A DNA stretch of 64,000 bases, from NCBI GenBank assembly GCA_007376385.1, contig VMGC01000003.1:1-64000 (forward strand), written 5' to 3'. Positions within the stretch are counted from its first letter, which is position 1; every line of letters starts with the position of its first letter. Both the position numbers and the translations under genes were made by a program. This DNA is from Parcubacteria group bacterium Gr01-1014_8. GTDB lineage: Bacteria > Patescibacteriota > Minisyncoccia > Phycocordibacterales > UBA2100. Shown here one piece after another: positions 1 to 9,137 of this stretch. The notes beneath the pieces were generated by a model. The model worked only from the letters and a program-made list of their open reading frames with translations. It made no database searches and was not told where the DNA came from.

Positions 1-137
1 GCTCGTACAGCCACAACCATCCTTTCGTGCCTCTGAATATGTTGAATTGCCTCATTCTCCCCTAGTTAGAGGAGTGCCAAATGTATCTGAACTTATTCAA
101 CAATATTGACCTCTCTTTTTGACCTCGGGGGGCGGCT

Positions 138-389
138 ATGCTACTATGCCGCCACATGGTTCTCCTCCAGCAAGCGCTTCCCTACGTGCAAATAGGCCTT
201 TCGGTCCTATTAATGCTGGCTATTTTGCTGCAGAGAACAGGCGCATCGCTCGGCGGCGCATTCGGCGTCGACAACTTCAGCTCCGGTTTCCACACTCGCA
301 GGGGGTTGGAGAAAACTTTGTTCCAAGCTACCATTGTGCTCGGTATCCTTTTCGCTTTGTCAGCACTCGTTAATCTTATTATCAGTTGA
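138..389 (+). CDS. secG: preprotein translocase subunit SecG
   Basis: 83 aa with two TM segments and a conserved glycine-rich motif LLQ..GASLGGAFG, as in E. coli SecG. Confidence 0.7.
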   Translation: MLLCRHMVLLQQALPYVQIGLSVLLMLAILLQRTGASLGGAFGVDNFSSGFHTRRGLEKTLFQATIVLGILFALSALVNLIIS

Positions 390-545
390 GGATAGCGAGC
401 GACAAGAAGACATCTTGACGTCTTTTTGTCAGAGCGACGAAAACTGCGAATAATTATTTATTATTTTATCAGTTAGTTTTAGTTGTCGCGAGATACGCGC
501 GACACCCGGCATCAGTTCGGTTATCTCTCTTTTTGTCAGTGAATT

Positions 546-2432
546 ATGCAAGGTGAACAGCATCCAGACCATCTGCGTCACATTTCAGATGCAGAAGAGT
601 CACAATTAAATAACGAGCCCGTGCCTCAAGCACGAGCGCCTCTTTCTGCAACACTTACACAGGAGCGAGATATGTTTCAGCTCCGTTCACTCGAAAAAAT
701 CATGCACCGGCTCTCCCCCGGAGAGCGAATGCTTCTATACGGGCTATCAATTCTGCTTGTCGGAAGCGCGCTTGTCCTCCTCATCGATGTAAATAAGATC
801 GTAAGTACTACTGTACCTTCTCACGGCGGCTCTCTTAAAGAAGGGTCTGTTGGCACCCCCCGCTTCGTGAATCCGCTCCTTGCTATGTCTCAAACAGACC
901 AGGATCTTACTTCCCTTATCTATTCGGGACTCATGCGTGCGACTCCAAGCGGTGACCTGACGCCAGATCTCGCGAGCGGTTATGAAGTTTCGGATGATGG
1001 CACAACATACATATTCCATATTCGACCCAATGCGACATTTCACGATGGCCACGCCGTTACTGCAAAGGACGTCATCTTCACCGTTAGCCTCACTCAGAAC
1101 CAAAATATAAAAAGCCCGCGACTCGCGGATTGGGACGGGGTTACGGTAAGCGAAAGCGACGAAAAGACGGTCGTCTTTCAGCTTCCCCACGCATACGGTC
1201 CATTCCTTGAGAATACGCAGCTTGGAATTCTTCCCAAGCATCTTTGGGGCCTCGTACCACCTGAAGAATTTCCCTTTCACGCGCTTAATACACATCCGAT
1301 AGGAAGCGGGCCATATGCCCTTACTGATGTTAAGACAGATGATGCCGGTTCGCCTATTCTTTACGAGTTATCTTCATTCAATAAATTCACGCTCGGAACA
1401 CCTAATCTCAATTCGATCATATTTCGCTTCTATTCGAACGAAGAGGCGCTGCGCGCGGGATTCGTCGCAGGCGAAATAGATAGTTTTGCCGGTGTGTCTC
1501 CGGAAAGTGATTCCTTGCAAGAACGCCGCGATACCCGCGTCGTGCGAACAGCGTCAACAAGGATCTTCGGCATCTTTTTCAATCAGAACCATGCGACAGT
1601 ACTCTCGGACGCTTCTGTACGTGCCGCCCTTTCAGCGGCAGTTGATAGAGACTCATTGATCGACTCCGTACTCGGCGGCTTTGCAAAAAAAGCAGAAGGT
1701 CCTATTCCGCCTGGTCTTCTGCAGAATAGTAGAAGCGCAACAACCTCAAGCCTGCCTGCCGCGACGAGCACGGCGCAGGCAGGCGCGACATCATCTCAGG
1801 GAACAAGCAACGCGGAAAAGGCCCGCGGTATCCTTTCTCGCGGGGGCTGGAAATACGACGAAACGTCGAATTCGTGGACAAAAAATAAGCAGGTTCTCGC
1901 ATTTGCGCTTGCTACAGCAGATACTCCAGAGCTGTCTGCGACCGCAAATGCGGTTGCTGAAACCTGGCGCAACATTGGCGTAGATATAGATGTGCAGGTA
2001 TACCCTCTTGCAGAATTCAACGCGAACGTTCTCCGGCCACGGCAATATGATGCCGTCCTCTTTGGAGAGGTAGTTGGACGCACACTGGACCTGTTCGCAT
2101 TCTGGCACTCAAGCCAGCGTAATGACCCGGGACTGAATCTTGCTCTGTACACGAATACGCACGCAGACAAGCTGCTCGCTTCGGCACGAACCGAAGTCGA
2201 CCGCGACGCTCGCGAAGAACTCTACCGCTCATTCTCAAAAATAATCGGCGACGACCAGCCCGCGGTCTTCTTATACGCACCCGAATTCATGTACGTTGTA
2301 CCGCAAAACTTGCAGGGTCTCTCATTCGGCGCCTTGACCTCGCCGTCAGAACGCTTTTTGGCAGTTCACCAGTGGTACACGGACACCGAGAGGATCTGGA
2401 ATATATTCTCAAGCAATTCCGTGACTGAATAG
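546..2432 (+). CDS. ABC transporter substrate-binding protein, family 5 (oligopeptide/dipeptide/nickel type), N-terminal membrane anchor
   Basis: 628 aa. N-terminal TM helix, then a typical SBP_bac_5 core (DGTTYIFHIRPNATFHDGHAVTAKDVIFT). Confidence 0.8.
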   Translation: MQGEQHPDHLRHISDAEESQLNNEPVPQARAPLSATLTQERDMFQLRSLEKIMHRLSPGERMLLYGLSILLVGSALVLLIDVNKIVSTTVPSHGGSLKEGSVGTPRFVNPLLAMSQTDQDLTSLIYSGLMRATPSGDLTPDLASGYEVSDDGTTYIFHIRPNATFHDGHAVTAKDVIFTVSLTQNQNIKSPRLADWDGVTVSESDEKTVVFQLPHAYGPFLENTQLGILPKHLWGLVPPEEFPFHALNTHPIGSGPYALTDVKTDDAGSPILYELSSFNKFTLGTPNLNSIIFRFYSNEEALRAGFVAGEIDSFAGVSPESDSLQERRDTRVVRTASTRIFGIFFNQNHATVLSDASVRAALSAAVDRDSLIDSVLGGFAKKAEGPIPPGLLQNSRSATTSSLPAATSTAQAGATSSQGTSNAEKARGILSRGGWKYDETSNSWTKNKQVLAFALATADTPELSATANAVAETWRNIGVDIDVQVYPLAEFNANVLRPRQYDAVLFGEVVGRTLDLFAFWHSSQRNDPGLNLALYTNTHADKLLASARTEVDRDAREELYRSFSKIIGDDQPAVFLYAPEFMYVVPQNLQGLSFGALTSPSERFLAVHQWYTDTERIWNIFSSNSVTE

Positions 2433-2503
2433 AGGTGCCTTTCCTTTTTCCGAACTACACGCTATAACCTACAAGAGATTTACTAACCCTCCTATTACAC
2501 GAT

Positions 2504-4354
2504 ATGTTCCCTCAATCACATCCCCCTACCCCCCCAGGCCCAGGCCAAAGCGGCCGCGGTCCTCGGCCTCCCCGAAGAGGTTTTGCTTCACGGCGGCCTC
2601 CAAGACAGAGGCGAATGCGCGTCGAACACCAAACATCCTCGCGAGAACGTGCACGCACTGCAGCAGCACCTATACCACCTCCTTCAGCTGACACCGTTCG
2701 TATAATCCCTCTCGGAGGCGTTGAAGAGATAGGACGCAATATGACTGCCATCGAGTTCGGCAATGATATCTTCGTTCTCGACTGCGGATTCCAATTTCGC
2801 GAAGAAGAGACGCCTGGGGTTGACTACATATTGCCGAACACCGGGTATCTTGAAGAGCGCCGAGATAAAATTCGCGGACTTCTGATCTCCCACGGTCACC
2901 TCGACCACATCGGCGGCATCCCCTACGTTTTGGATAGAATAGGCAACCCGACCATTTACACCCGCCGTCTGACCGGCAAGATGATACAAAAGAGACAAGA
3001 GGAATTCGCGCAGACGACGCCGGCAAACATACGCGAAGTCGAAAAAGATGAGGTGATAAAACTTGGCGCAGCAACCATCCGTTTTTTTGGCGTAACTCAC
3101 ACTGTCCCCGACTCGATGGGCATCATTATCGAAACTCCATGGGGAGATGTCGTGTTCACCGGAGACATAAAACTGAATCACGATAATGGACAGCCCTCAG
3201 ATGAGGAAGTCCGGGAGTTTGGGGTATTCAAAAATCGCAAGGTTTTATGCCTCCTCATGGACTCAACGAACGTCTGGCAACCAGGATTCTCCATTCCTGA
3301 GAGAAATGTGTATGAGACGCTTGAGAATATCGTCAAGAATTCCCACGGACGACTTATCATCGCGATGTTTGCCTCGCACCTGGAGCGACTGATCCGCGTC
3401 GTGCATTTCGCAGAAAAATACGGAAAGAAAATAGTCATTGATGGCAGGTCAATGAGAACGAATATCGAGATAGCTCGCGAACTCGGATTGATAAAATACA
3501 AAGACGACACTGTCGTCGCGGTAGAAAACCTTGCGCAGTACCCGCCCGAAAGAATGGTCATCCTTGCGACCGGAGCTCAGGGAGACGAATTTGCATCCCT
3601 AGCTCGCATCGGGAATAAATCACACAAATATATCCGACTGCAGCCAACAGATACTATCGTACTTTCGTCATCCGTCATTCCTGGCAATGAACGAGCTGTT
3701 CAAAAACTGAAGGACAATCTCTCGCGCCAGGGAGCGCACATCATTACCTACCATGCATCTGACGTGCATGCCTCCGGCCACGGAAATCGAGAAGAAGCTG
3801 TCTGGATACATAAACAGGTCAAGCCAAAATTCTTCGTTCCTCTGCATGGCTATCACTACATGCTTCGCGTTCACGCTGATCTCGCAGAAGAATTGGGTGT
3901 GCCTGCTGCGAACACCGTTGTTCCTGACAATGGCTCTGTCATCGAAATAACGAAGGGAGAAAAAATAGTAAAGACCAACCACAAAGCCCCATCGGAATTG
4001 CGCGTCGTTGAAGGACACACCGTGAGCGAACTTTCCGACGTTCTGATGCGTGACAGAAAAGCGCTTGGGCAGGAAGGATTCTGTGTTGTCGTCGCGACAG
4101 TCGATAGACGAAGCGGGAGACTGCACAAATCTCCGGATATCATCTCGCGCGGGTTCGTATACCTGCGTGACAACAAAGAACTTATGGACCAGACTCGGCT
4201 CATCATCAGAAAAAGCGTCGAACAGTCCATGCGGAACCCGCGCTCGGCCGATCTAGATGCGGCGCGAGAAGATCTTGCCGATTCAGTTGCACGGTTCCTG
4301 CTTCAGAGGACAATGAAAAGACCAATAGTCATACCGGTCATTGTCAGCATTTAA
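2504..4354 (+). CDS. rnj: ribonuclease J (metallo-beta-lactamase/beta-CASP RNase)
   Basis: ISHGHLDHIGGIPYV zinc motif plus beta-CASP and C-terminal domain. An unusual Pro/Arg-rich extension of about 60 aa makes the true start uncertain. Confidence 0.9.
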   Translation: MFPQSHPPTPPGPGQSGRGPRPPRRGFASRRPPRQRRMRVEHQTSSRERARTAAAPIPPPSADTVRIIPLGGVEEIGRNMTAIEFGNDIFVLDCGFQFREEETPGVDYILPNTGYLEERRDKIRGLLISHGHLDHIGGIPYVLDRIGNPTIYTRRLTGKMIQKRQEEFAQTTPANIREVEKDEVIKLGAATIRFFGVTHTVPDSMGIIIETPWGDVVFTGDIKLNHDNGQPSDEEVREFGVFKNRKVLCLLMDSTNVWQPGFSIPERNVYETLENIVKNSHGRLIIAMFASHLERLIRVVHFAEKYGKKIVIDGRSMRTNIEIARELGLIKYKDDTVVAVENLAQYPPERMVILATGAQGDEFASLARIGNKSHKYIRLQPTDTIVLSSSVIPGNERAVQKLKDNLSRQGAHIITYHASDVHASGHGNREEAVWIHKQVKPKFFVPLHGYHYMLRVHADLAEELGVPAANTVVPDNGSVIEITKGEKIVKTNHKAPSELRVVEGHTVSELSDVLMRDRKALGQEGFCVVVATVDRRSGRLHKSPDIISRGFVYLRDNKELMDQTRLIIRKSVEQSMRNPRSADLDAAREDLADSVARFLLQRTMKRPIVIPVIVSI

Positions 4355-5285
4355 GGTACCCATTGCCTGCCCTTGAACCAATTTTGGCTTTCAGCGATGG
4401 GAATTGAACAGCGCAAGAATGAAAGGTTTCAACCCCCAAGGCAAGCCCTGGACTCTGGAAAACGAGCACCGCTCGTTTCCCAAATTCCGCGGCCTGTCTG
4501 CGTGCATCGCACAGGCCTAGTCCTTCAGAAACAAGCGACTGAAACGCAGTAGTATAGGCGTCTTTGTAACTGCGCCGAACGTCAGTGAGGGATGTATTTT
4601 TCGCGATCGCTTTTAAAATTGCTCCCCGCACTTGTCGCAAGGAACCCTCGAATCTTGATTGTTTTGAGTGATGTGTACTGCGTCGCGAGGGATTCGGATA
4701 CATGTGCTTGAGATGCGTCCCATAATCCATGAGCGCCGAATACCATATGCGCGGTTCCCGTCTACCAATTGCTGCTTCAACGATTGGAAACAGCTCTTTG
4801 TCCTCGACCTTCTTTTTTCTAGGAAAAAAATGGTGGATGAACACTGCGCGTATATTTGTTTCGATAAAAGTTTCAGGCATATTGAATGCGAACGCCCGAA
4901 CAGCTTTCGCCGTGTAATCCCCTATTCCCGGCAACGCACGCAGCTCTTCATAACTCTCGGGGATCTTTCCGGCGTGGTTCTGCACGATTGCACGCGCCGC
5001 GTCGTGCAAATACTTCGCTCGCCGATTATAGCCAAGTCCGCTCCACACGTTCAAGACATCTACGAGCGACGCTTGTGCCAGTTTTTTGACAGTCGGAAAT
5101 TTCTCCAGAAATTCTTTGTATTTTCCAATGACCCTATGAACCTGCGTCTGCTGAAGCATTATTTCGGAGATGAGTATCTTGTATGGATCTTCCGTTTTTC
5201 TCCAGGGCAGATCTTTCCGCCCATGCGCTCGAAAAAACTCCAGAACAGTTCGTCTAAACGAAGTGTATCTGGCGTCTGTTGTCAC
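4344..5285 (-). CDS. HhH-GPD DNA glycosylase, MutY/EndoIII-like, no obvious Fe-S cysteine cluster
   Basis: MLQQTQVHRVIGKYKEFLEKFPTV...LPGIGDYTA helix-hairpin-helix motif. The last 60 or so codons run through an intergenic-type repeat, so the 3' end is uncertain. Confidence 0.65.
   Translation of the reverse strand: MTTDARYTSFRRTVLEFFRAHGRKDLPWRKTEDPYKILISEIMLQQTQVHRVIGKYKEFLEKFPTVKKLAQASLVDVLNVWSGLGYNRRAKYLHDAARAIVQNHAGKIPESYEELRALPGIGDYTAKAVRAFAFNMPETFIETNIRAVFIHHFFPRKKKVEDKELFPIVEAAIGRREPRIWYSALMDYGTHLKHMYPNPSRRSTHHSKQSRFEGSLRQVRGAILKAIAKNTSLTDVRRSYKDAYTTAFQSLVSEGLGLCDARRQAAEFGKRAVLVFQSPGLALGVETFHSCAVQFPSLKAKIGSRAGNGYLKC
4411..4441. repeat. partial copy of the intergenic repeat family (shares gaaaggtttcaaccccc with the copy at 28939)
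   Basis: 17 nt exact match to 28939-28955. The adjacent 11-mer ggcaagccctg is the reverse complement of cagggcttgcc in the other copy. An imperfect hairpin lies nearby at 4440-4470. Confidence 0.4.
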
Positions 5286-5569
5286 GATGTTGGATTGTCT
5301 GAAACTGTGTGCACTTTTGGGTTTTCCTGTGGAATTATCAGAATAGCCAATAAATAAGCGATAACTCCCGGAAATATTCCAGTCACAAGCACAAAAAATA
5401 TGAATATCACTCGTAAGAGTGCCGAGTCAACACCAAAATACTCCCCGAAACCGCCGAGGACTCCTGCAAAGGTCATGTCCGTCTTACTCCGCAATAACTT
5501 TTTCATGACGCGATTATACCCCATGAGATAACGAACGAACAATTGCCGTGACAACTCGGTGGAACTCAA
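5282..5569 (-). CDS. PspC-domain membrane protein
   Basis: 95 aa. MTFAGVLGGFGEYFGVDSALLRVIFIFFVL resembles the PspC N-terminal domain, followed by a TM helix. Confidence 0.6.
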   Translation of the reverse strand: MSSTELSRQLFVRYLMGYNRVMKKLLRSKTDMTFAGVLGGFGEYFGVDSALLRVIFIFFVLVTGIFPGVIAYLLAILIIPQENPKVHTVSDNPTS

Positions 5570-5621
5570 GAAACAAAAGCTTGCAGCGAGAGCCTAGGAT
5601 ATGTATCTCACGGGTTATGCA

Positions 5622-6311
5622 CTAAGGCGTATATACGACATCCTTTCGCTCAACGACCACCTTCCACTTCATGCGTTTGGCCGTTTTATAGAGCTTCATA
5701 TTAGGGTTGAAACAGATGGGCTGTGCGACCATTTCTAGGAATGAAATATCCGATTCCGTATCGCCAACACCGATCGACCTCGTCAGGGTCAGGCCTTCAT
5801 TTTCTACCGCTCGACGTACGATATTTGCTTTGTTGTATATAAGATGCTCATCAACAACGCGCCCAGTAAACAGCTCCTGGGGGCCTATTTCATACACCAG
5901 CCCATATGCCTTATCAAAACCAAGACGCGGACAGAATTTATCCAACACGGTTTTGGGTGAATGCGACACAGCAAGCAAGAAATATCCTTTTTTCTTCAAT
6001 TCTGGCAAGAGGTCGCGCGTATAACGATATGTTTGCTTCCACCTCGCCTGCACCATCCTTTCAGCAGCATCTGCGAGCGCAGAATAGTGGAGACCCTTTA
6101 AATGTTTGCGAAATGCCTGGACCAGCGCATCAACGTACGCGCCATAGTCCCCTTCTCGGTCGAGCCATTTCTGCCTCTCTCGTTCGTAGACGGCTTCAGC
6201 CTCCTTTGGAAATGAGCCGTCTTTAATTAGTTGGTCTACAAGCTGGATGAGTAAACTTGAGCGAAAAATTGTGCCGTCGACGTCAAAAATCGCGACCCTA
6301 CGTTTCTCCAT
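5622..6311 (-). CDS. HAD-superfamily hydrolase
   Basis: N-terminal AIFDVDGTI motif I (DxDGT) and downstream HAD motifs. Confidence 0.7.
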   Translation of the reverse strand: MEKRRVAIFDVDGTIFRSSLLIQLVDQLIKDGSFPKEAEAVYERERQKWLDREGDYGAYVDALVQAFRKHLKGLHYSALADAAERMVQARWKQTYRYTRDLLPELKKKGYFLLAVSHSPKTVLDKFCPRLGFDKAYGLVYEIGPQELFTGRVVDEHLIYNKANIVRRAVENEGLTLTRSIGVGDTESDISFLEMVAQPICFNPNMKLYKTAKRMKWKVVVERKDVVYTP

Positions 6312-6335
6312 GTGCTCATCCTATCATCACCACTA

Positions 6336-6445
6336 CAAATAAAGGGTATTCATACCGCGGGGTATTCGACCCTATGTTGGCTCCTCGGTTCGGAAATGAA
6401 AGTTAATACTTTCTCGCTTCGCTCGCAACGCTCGCCAATAAAGAT
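6336..6445 (-). repeat. intergenic repeat family copy E (minus orientation), about 85 percent identical to copy A
   Basis: The reverse complement reads tttattggcgagcgttgcgagcgaagcga...tttcatttccgaaccgaggagccaacatagggtcgaatacc, matching 24289-24370. Confidence 0.6.
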
Positions 6446-6561
6446 CAGGTGGGGGCCAGAGCTTTTGAGTCCGCGAGCGAGTGAACGCTGCTTTCCGCAA
6501 GATTAGCCCCCCGCTTCCGCAACGATAATACTCTCGTACCTTATAACATCAAGCTCCGCCG

Positions 6562-7758
6562 TTACTGTTTCTTTCCTCCACCAACTTTTTTCAAAATATC
6601 TGACGTAAAACTGAATGTCATCTTTTTCTTGCCCTCGAACCTCTCCTCTCCTAATCTCATGAGCTCGAGTACGAGTTCCATGCTTGAAAGACCTGTTTTT
6701 TTCCAGTTGTGATGATACAGGCTCCCTGGCAGAGTATTCACTTCATTCACGTATACTTTTTTCGAGTCTGCGTGAACAAGAAAGTCCACACGCGCGATAC
6801 CTGCGAGATCAAGTGCCCTATATACCCGAACCCCTAGGTCTTTGATTTCCGCCGTAAGTTCGTTGCTTATCTTTGCAGGAATTTCACTGTATTCAGCATT
6901 TACTCCTCCCCCGCCGCCTTTTTTCCCCCCGGAAAGATATTTGTCGCTAAAGTCGAAAAATTCAGTCTTGTTCAATGGTCTTTCGCAGTGCGCGGTTCGA
7001 ATTTCGTCATTTCCCATGATGGGCAGTGTGATTTCGATGAGCGGCTCGACGCTTTCTTCAACGAGTATCTTATTGTCATAGTGCAGAGCAACTTCAATCG
7101 CATTTTCAAGTTCCGATCCACTTTTAACTTTTGCCATACCTATCGAGGAGCCGAGATGAACCGGCTTAACAAAAAGCGGCCATTTTAAGTTCTTGATGGA
7201 TGTTAAGAGCGCGTCTTTATTCTTCGCCCATTCAGGTTTTGTAAACCACACGTACGGAACGACCGGCATGCCTTCAGCGGCAATTACCTGTTTCGTAAGA
7301 ACTTTGTCCATCGCAACTGCCGAGCCGAAAATATCACAACCGACAAACGGTACATTCGCCATGCGGAGAAGTCCCATCAAGGAGCCGTCTTCTCCATATG
7401 TGCCGTGCATTGAGGGAAATGCAACATCTATCTTCACCGTCTTTTTAAGAAACCCCGGCCACACAAGTGAAAATCCATTTTCAAATGAAAGCTGCACTTG
7501 TTTCTGTTTTTTAAGATGAGCTTCGTAGTCTGGGTCCTTGAAGAACGTGAGGTTATTCATCGACTTTTCCGAATACCATGCGCCTTCTTTCGTAATGTAC
7601 ACTGGCCACACGTCAAATTGCCCGCTTGCAAGCAACGATTCGATGATGGGAATATGTGCAGTTATCGTCGAAACATCATGTTCCGCGCTGCGTCCTCCAA
7701 AAATAACCGCTATAGACTTCACTTCTTGATTATATGTCACACGTACTGGTCCGGCCAA
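6562..7758 (-). CDS. ddl: D-alanine--D-alanine ligase
   Basis: ATP-grasp fold, N-terminal VIFGGRSAEHDVS motif. Lies downstream of murF as in dcw clusters. Carries a Gly-rich insertion. Confidence 0.9.
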   Translation of the reverse strand: MAGPVRVTYNQEVKSIAVIFGGRSAEHDVSTITAHIPIIESLLASGQFDVWPVYITKEGAWYSEKSMNNLTFFKDPDYEAHLKKQKQVQLSFENGFSLVWPGFLKKTVKIDVAFPSMHGTYGEDGSLMGLLRMANVPFVGCDIFGSAVAMDKVLTKQVIAAEGMPVVPYVWFTKPEWAKNKDALLTSIKNLKWPLFVKPVHLGSSIGMAKVKSGSELENAIEVALHYDNKILVEESVEPLIEITLPIMGNDEIRTAHCERPLNKTEFFDFSDKYLSGGKKGGGGGVNAEYSEIPAKISNELTAEIKDLGVRVYRALDLAGIARVDFLVHADSKKVYVNEVNTLPGSLYHHNWKKTGLSSMELVLELMRLGEERFEGKKKMTFSFTSDILKKVGGGKKQ

Positions 7759-9137
7759 TCATTTTGCAAGAGGACAACGTCCCCTTTTACTGTCATGTGA
7801 GGAAGCGCGATGTATGCCGCAAGTCCGTCGTCAAACCATGTCATTTCTCCCGTAAATCCTGCTTCTCTCAAACCCTTCTCAATGTACAGAGTTACGGAAT
7901 TTTTTATCAATACGATCTTTTCGATGCCGGCTCTCGCAAGCTGTCTTCCTATCTCCTTGTGAACTTCTTCCGCTCGAGAACCCATTTCAACGAGGCCGGG
8001 CGTGACATACAAACGTCGGCCAGGCAGAGATGCCAGAAACTCTATAACAGCCTTCACCCCGTCTGGACTTCCGTTGTAGCTATCGTCAAGCGTCGTGACG
8101 CCATCCAAGACCTTCGGTTCAAGACGATGAGGAAATGCGGACGTTTTCGCGATGCCTGTCTCTATGTGCGAAGGAGCGAGGCCGATACTCGTCGCAATGT
8201 CTACCGCAACGGCAAGCGGACCTATCTGATGAAGTCCGAGCAGTTTTGAACGTACATGTATTGCTACACTCCCGTTCGCGAGCATGCACGATGTACCTTC
8301 AAGTCTGGTCTTCGCATCTGAAACTTTCCAGTTCCCAACACCCTCCCTGCTGTACAGAGTATGCTCCTTTAATGCTCTTCCTTGCGAAATATCATTTTCT
8401 GCGTTGACATATACGAATTTGTCTTGGAGATATTCTGCCAGCTCAAAAATTGTATCCGCCGTGTTTTCTAACGTGCCAAATTTCTCTAAATGCGCCTCGT
8501 TGACGCCGGTGATGATGCCAATAGACGGTCTCACAAATCTGCATAATTTCTTAATATCCCCACGATAATATTCTCCTAGTTCGAAGACCAGAACATCTTC
8601 GTCGCCTTTTAGAGACTTTACAAATCCCGCTATCCCCAGCGGCGTGTTGTAGCTCCCGGGAGGCGCCGCAACTTTTTTCCCTTCACTAAGGACCGTTTTT
8701 AAGATCTCTCGCATTGATGTTTTGCCGTAGCTGCCTGCGATGGCTATTTTGAGAGCCTTGTGACGTGAAAGTCTTTGTTTTGCCCTCCCAATAAGCAGCA
8801 ATTCTATTGGCAATTGGATCGCTCGAAGAGCAAGAACAACAAGGATGAGGCCGTATGCGAGAAGGAACGGCCACACCAGGAATGCAATACCAACTACAAG
8901 CGGCTTTCCTGTCGAAAATGCGAGTGCTAGCCAGAGCACGACTAGGCTCCACGCAAGTACATACAGCAGGATTGCTTTAGGAGTCCACACTAATTTCTTA
9001 CGGTGTTCAACAAATCGAAAATCCTCTACCCGGTGCAGCCACTTCACATAGTCGCGGATATTGTATTCGCTTGCCTGCAACATATAGATCAGCGAGCGAA
9101 CGGAACTCGGCAAATATCGTGAAAGCCAAGGCATCAT
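7737..9137 (-). CDS. murF: MurF-like Mur ligase with an N-terminal two-helix membrane domain
   Basis: IAIAGSYGKTS P-loop and LDDSYNGSPDGVKAV (MurF DDSYNANP motif). The first 115 aa or so are two hydrophobic helices in place of the canonical MurF N-domain. Confidence 0.8.
   Translation of the reverse strand: MMPWLSRYLPSSVRSLIYMLQASEYNIRDYVKWLHRVEDFRFVEHRKKLVWTPKAILLYVLAWSLVVLWLALAFSTGKPLVVGIAFLVWPFLLAYGLILVVLALRAIQLPIELLLIGRAKQRLSRHKALKIAIAGSYGKTSMREILKTVLSEGKKVAAPPGSYNTPLGIAGFVKSLKGDEDVLVFELGEYYRGDIKKLCRFVRPSIGIITGVNEAHLEKFGTLENTADTIFELAEYLQDKFVYVNAENDISQGRALKEHTLYSREGVGNWKVSDAKTRLEGTSCMLANGSVAIHVRSKLLGLHQIGPLAVAVDIATSIGLAPSHIETGIAKTSAFPHRLEPKVLDGVTTLDDSYNGSPDGVKAVIEFLASLPGRRLYVTPGLVEMGSRAEEVHKEIGRQLARAGIEKIVLIKNSVTLYIEKGLREAGFTGEMTWFDDGLAAYIALPHMTVKGDVVLLQNDWPDQYV

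Noticed and set aside
119-373. Alternative 84 aa ORF overlapping secG in another frame
   Set aside because: The overlapping frame 138-389 gives a clear SecG with conserved motif and two TM helices. The 119-373 frame gives a low-complexity Arg/Pro-rich peptide.
747-2280. Several antisense or out-of-frame ORFs listed inside the solute-binding protein gene (for example 747-1295 minus, 1796-2170 minus)
   Set aside because: They are shadow ORFs inside a well-supported, conserved coding sequence. They have no motifs and low-complexity Arg-rich translations typical of GC-rich antisense frames.
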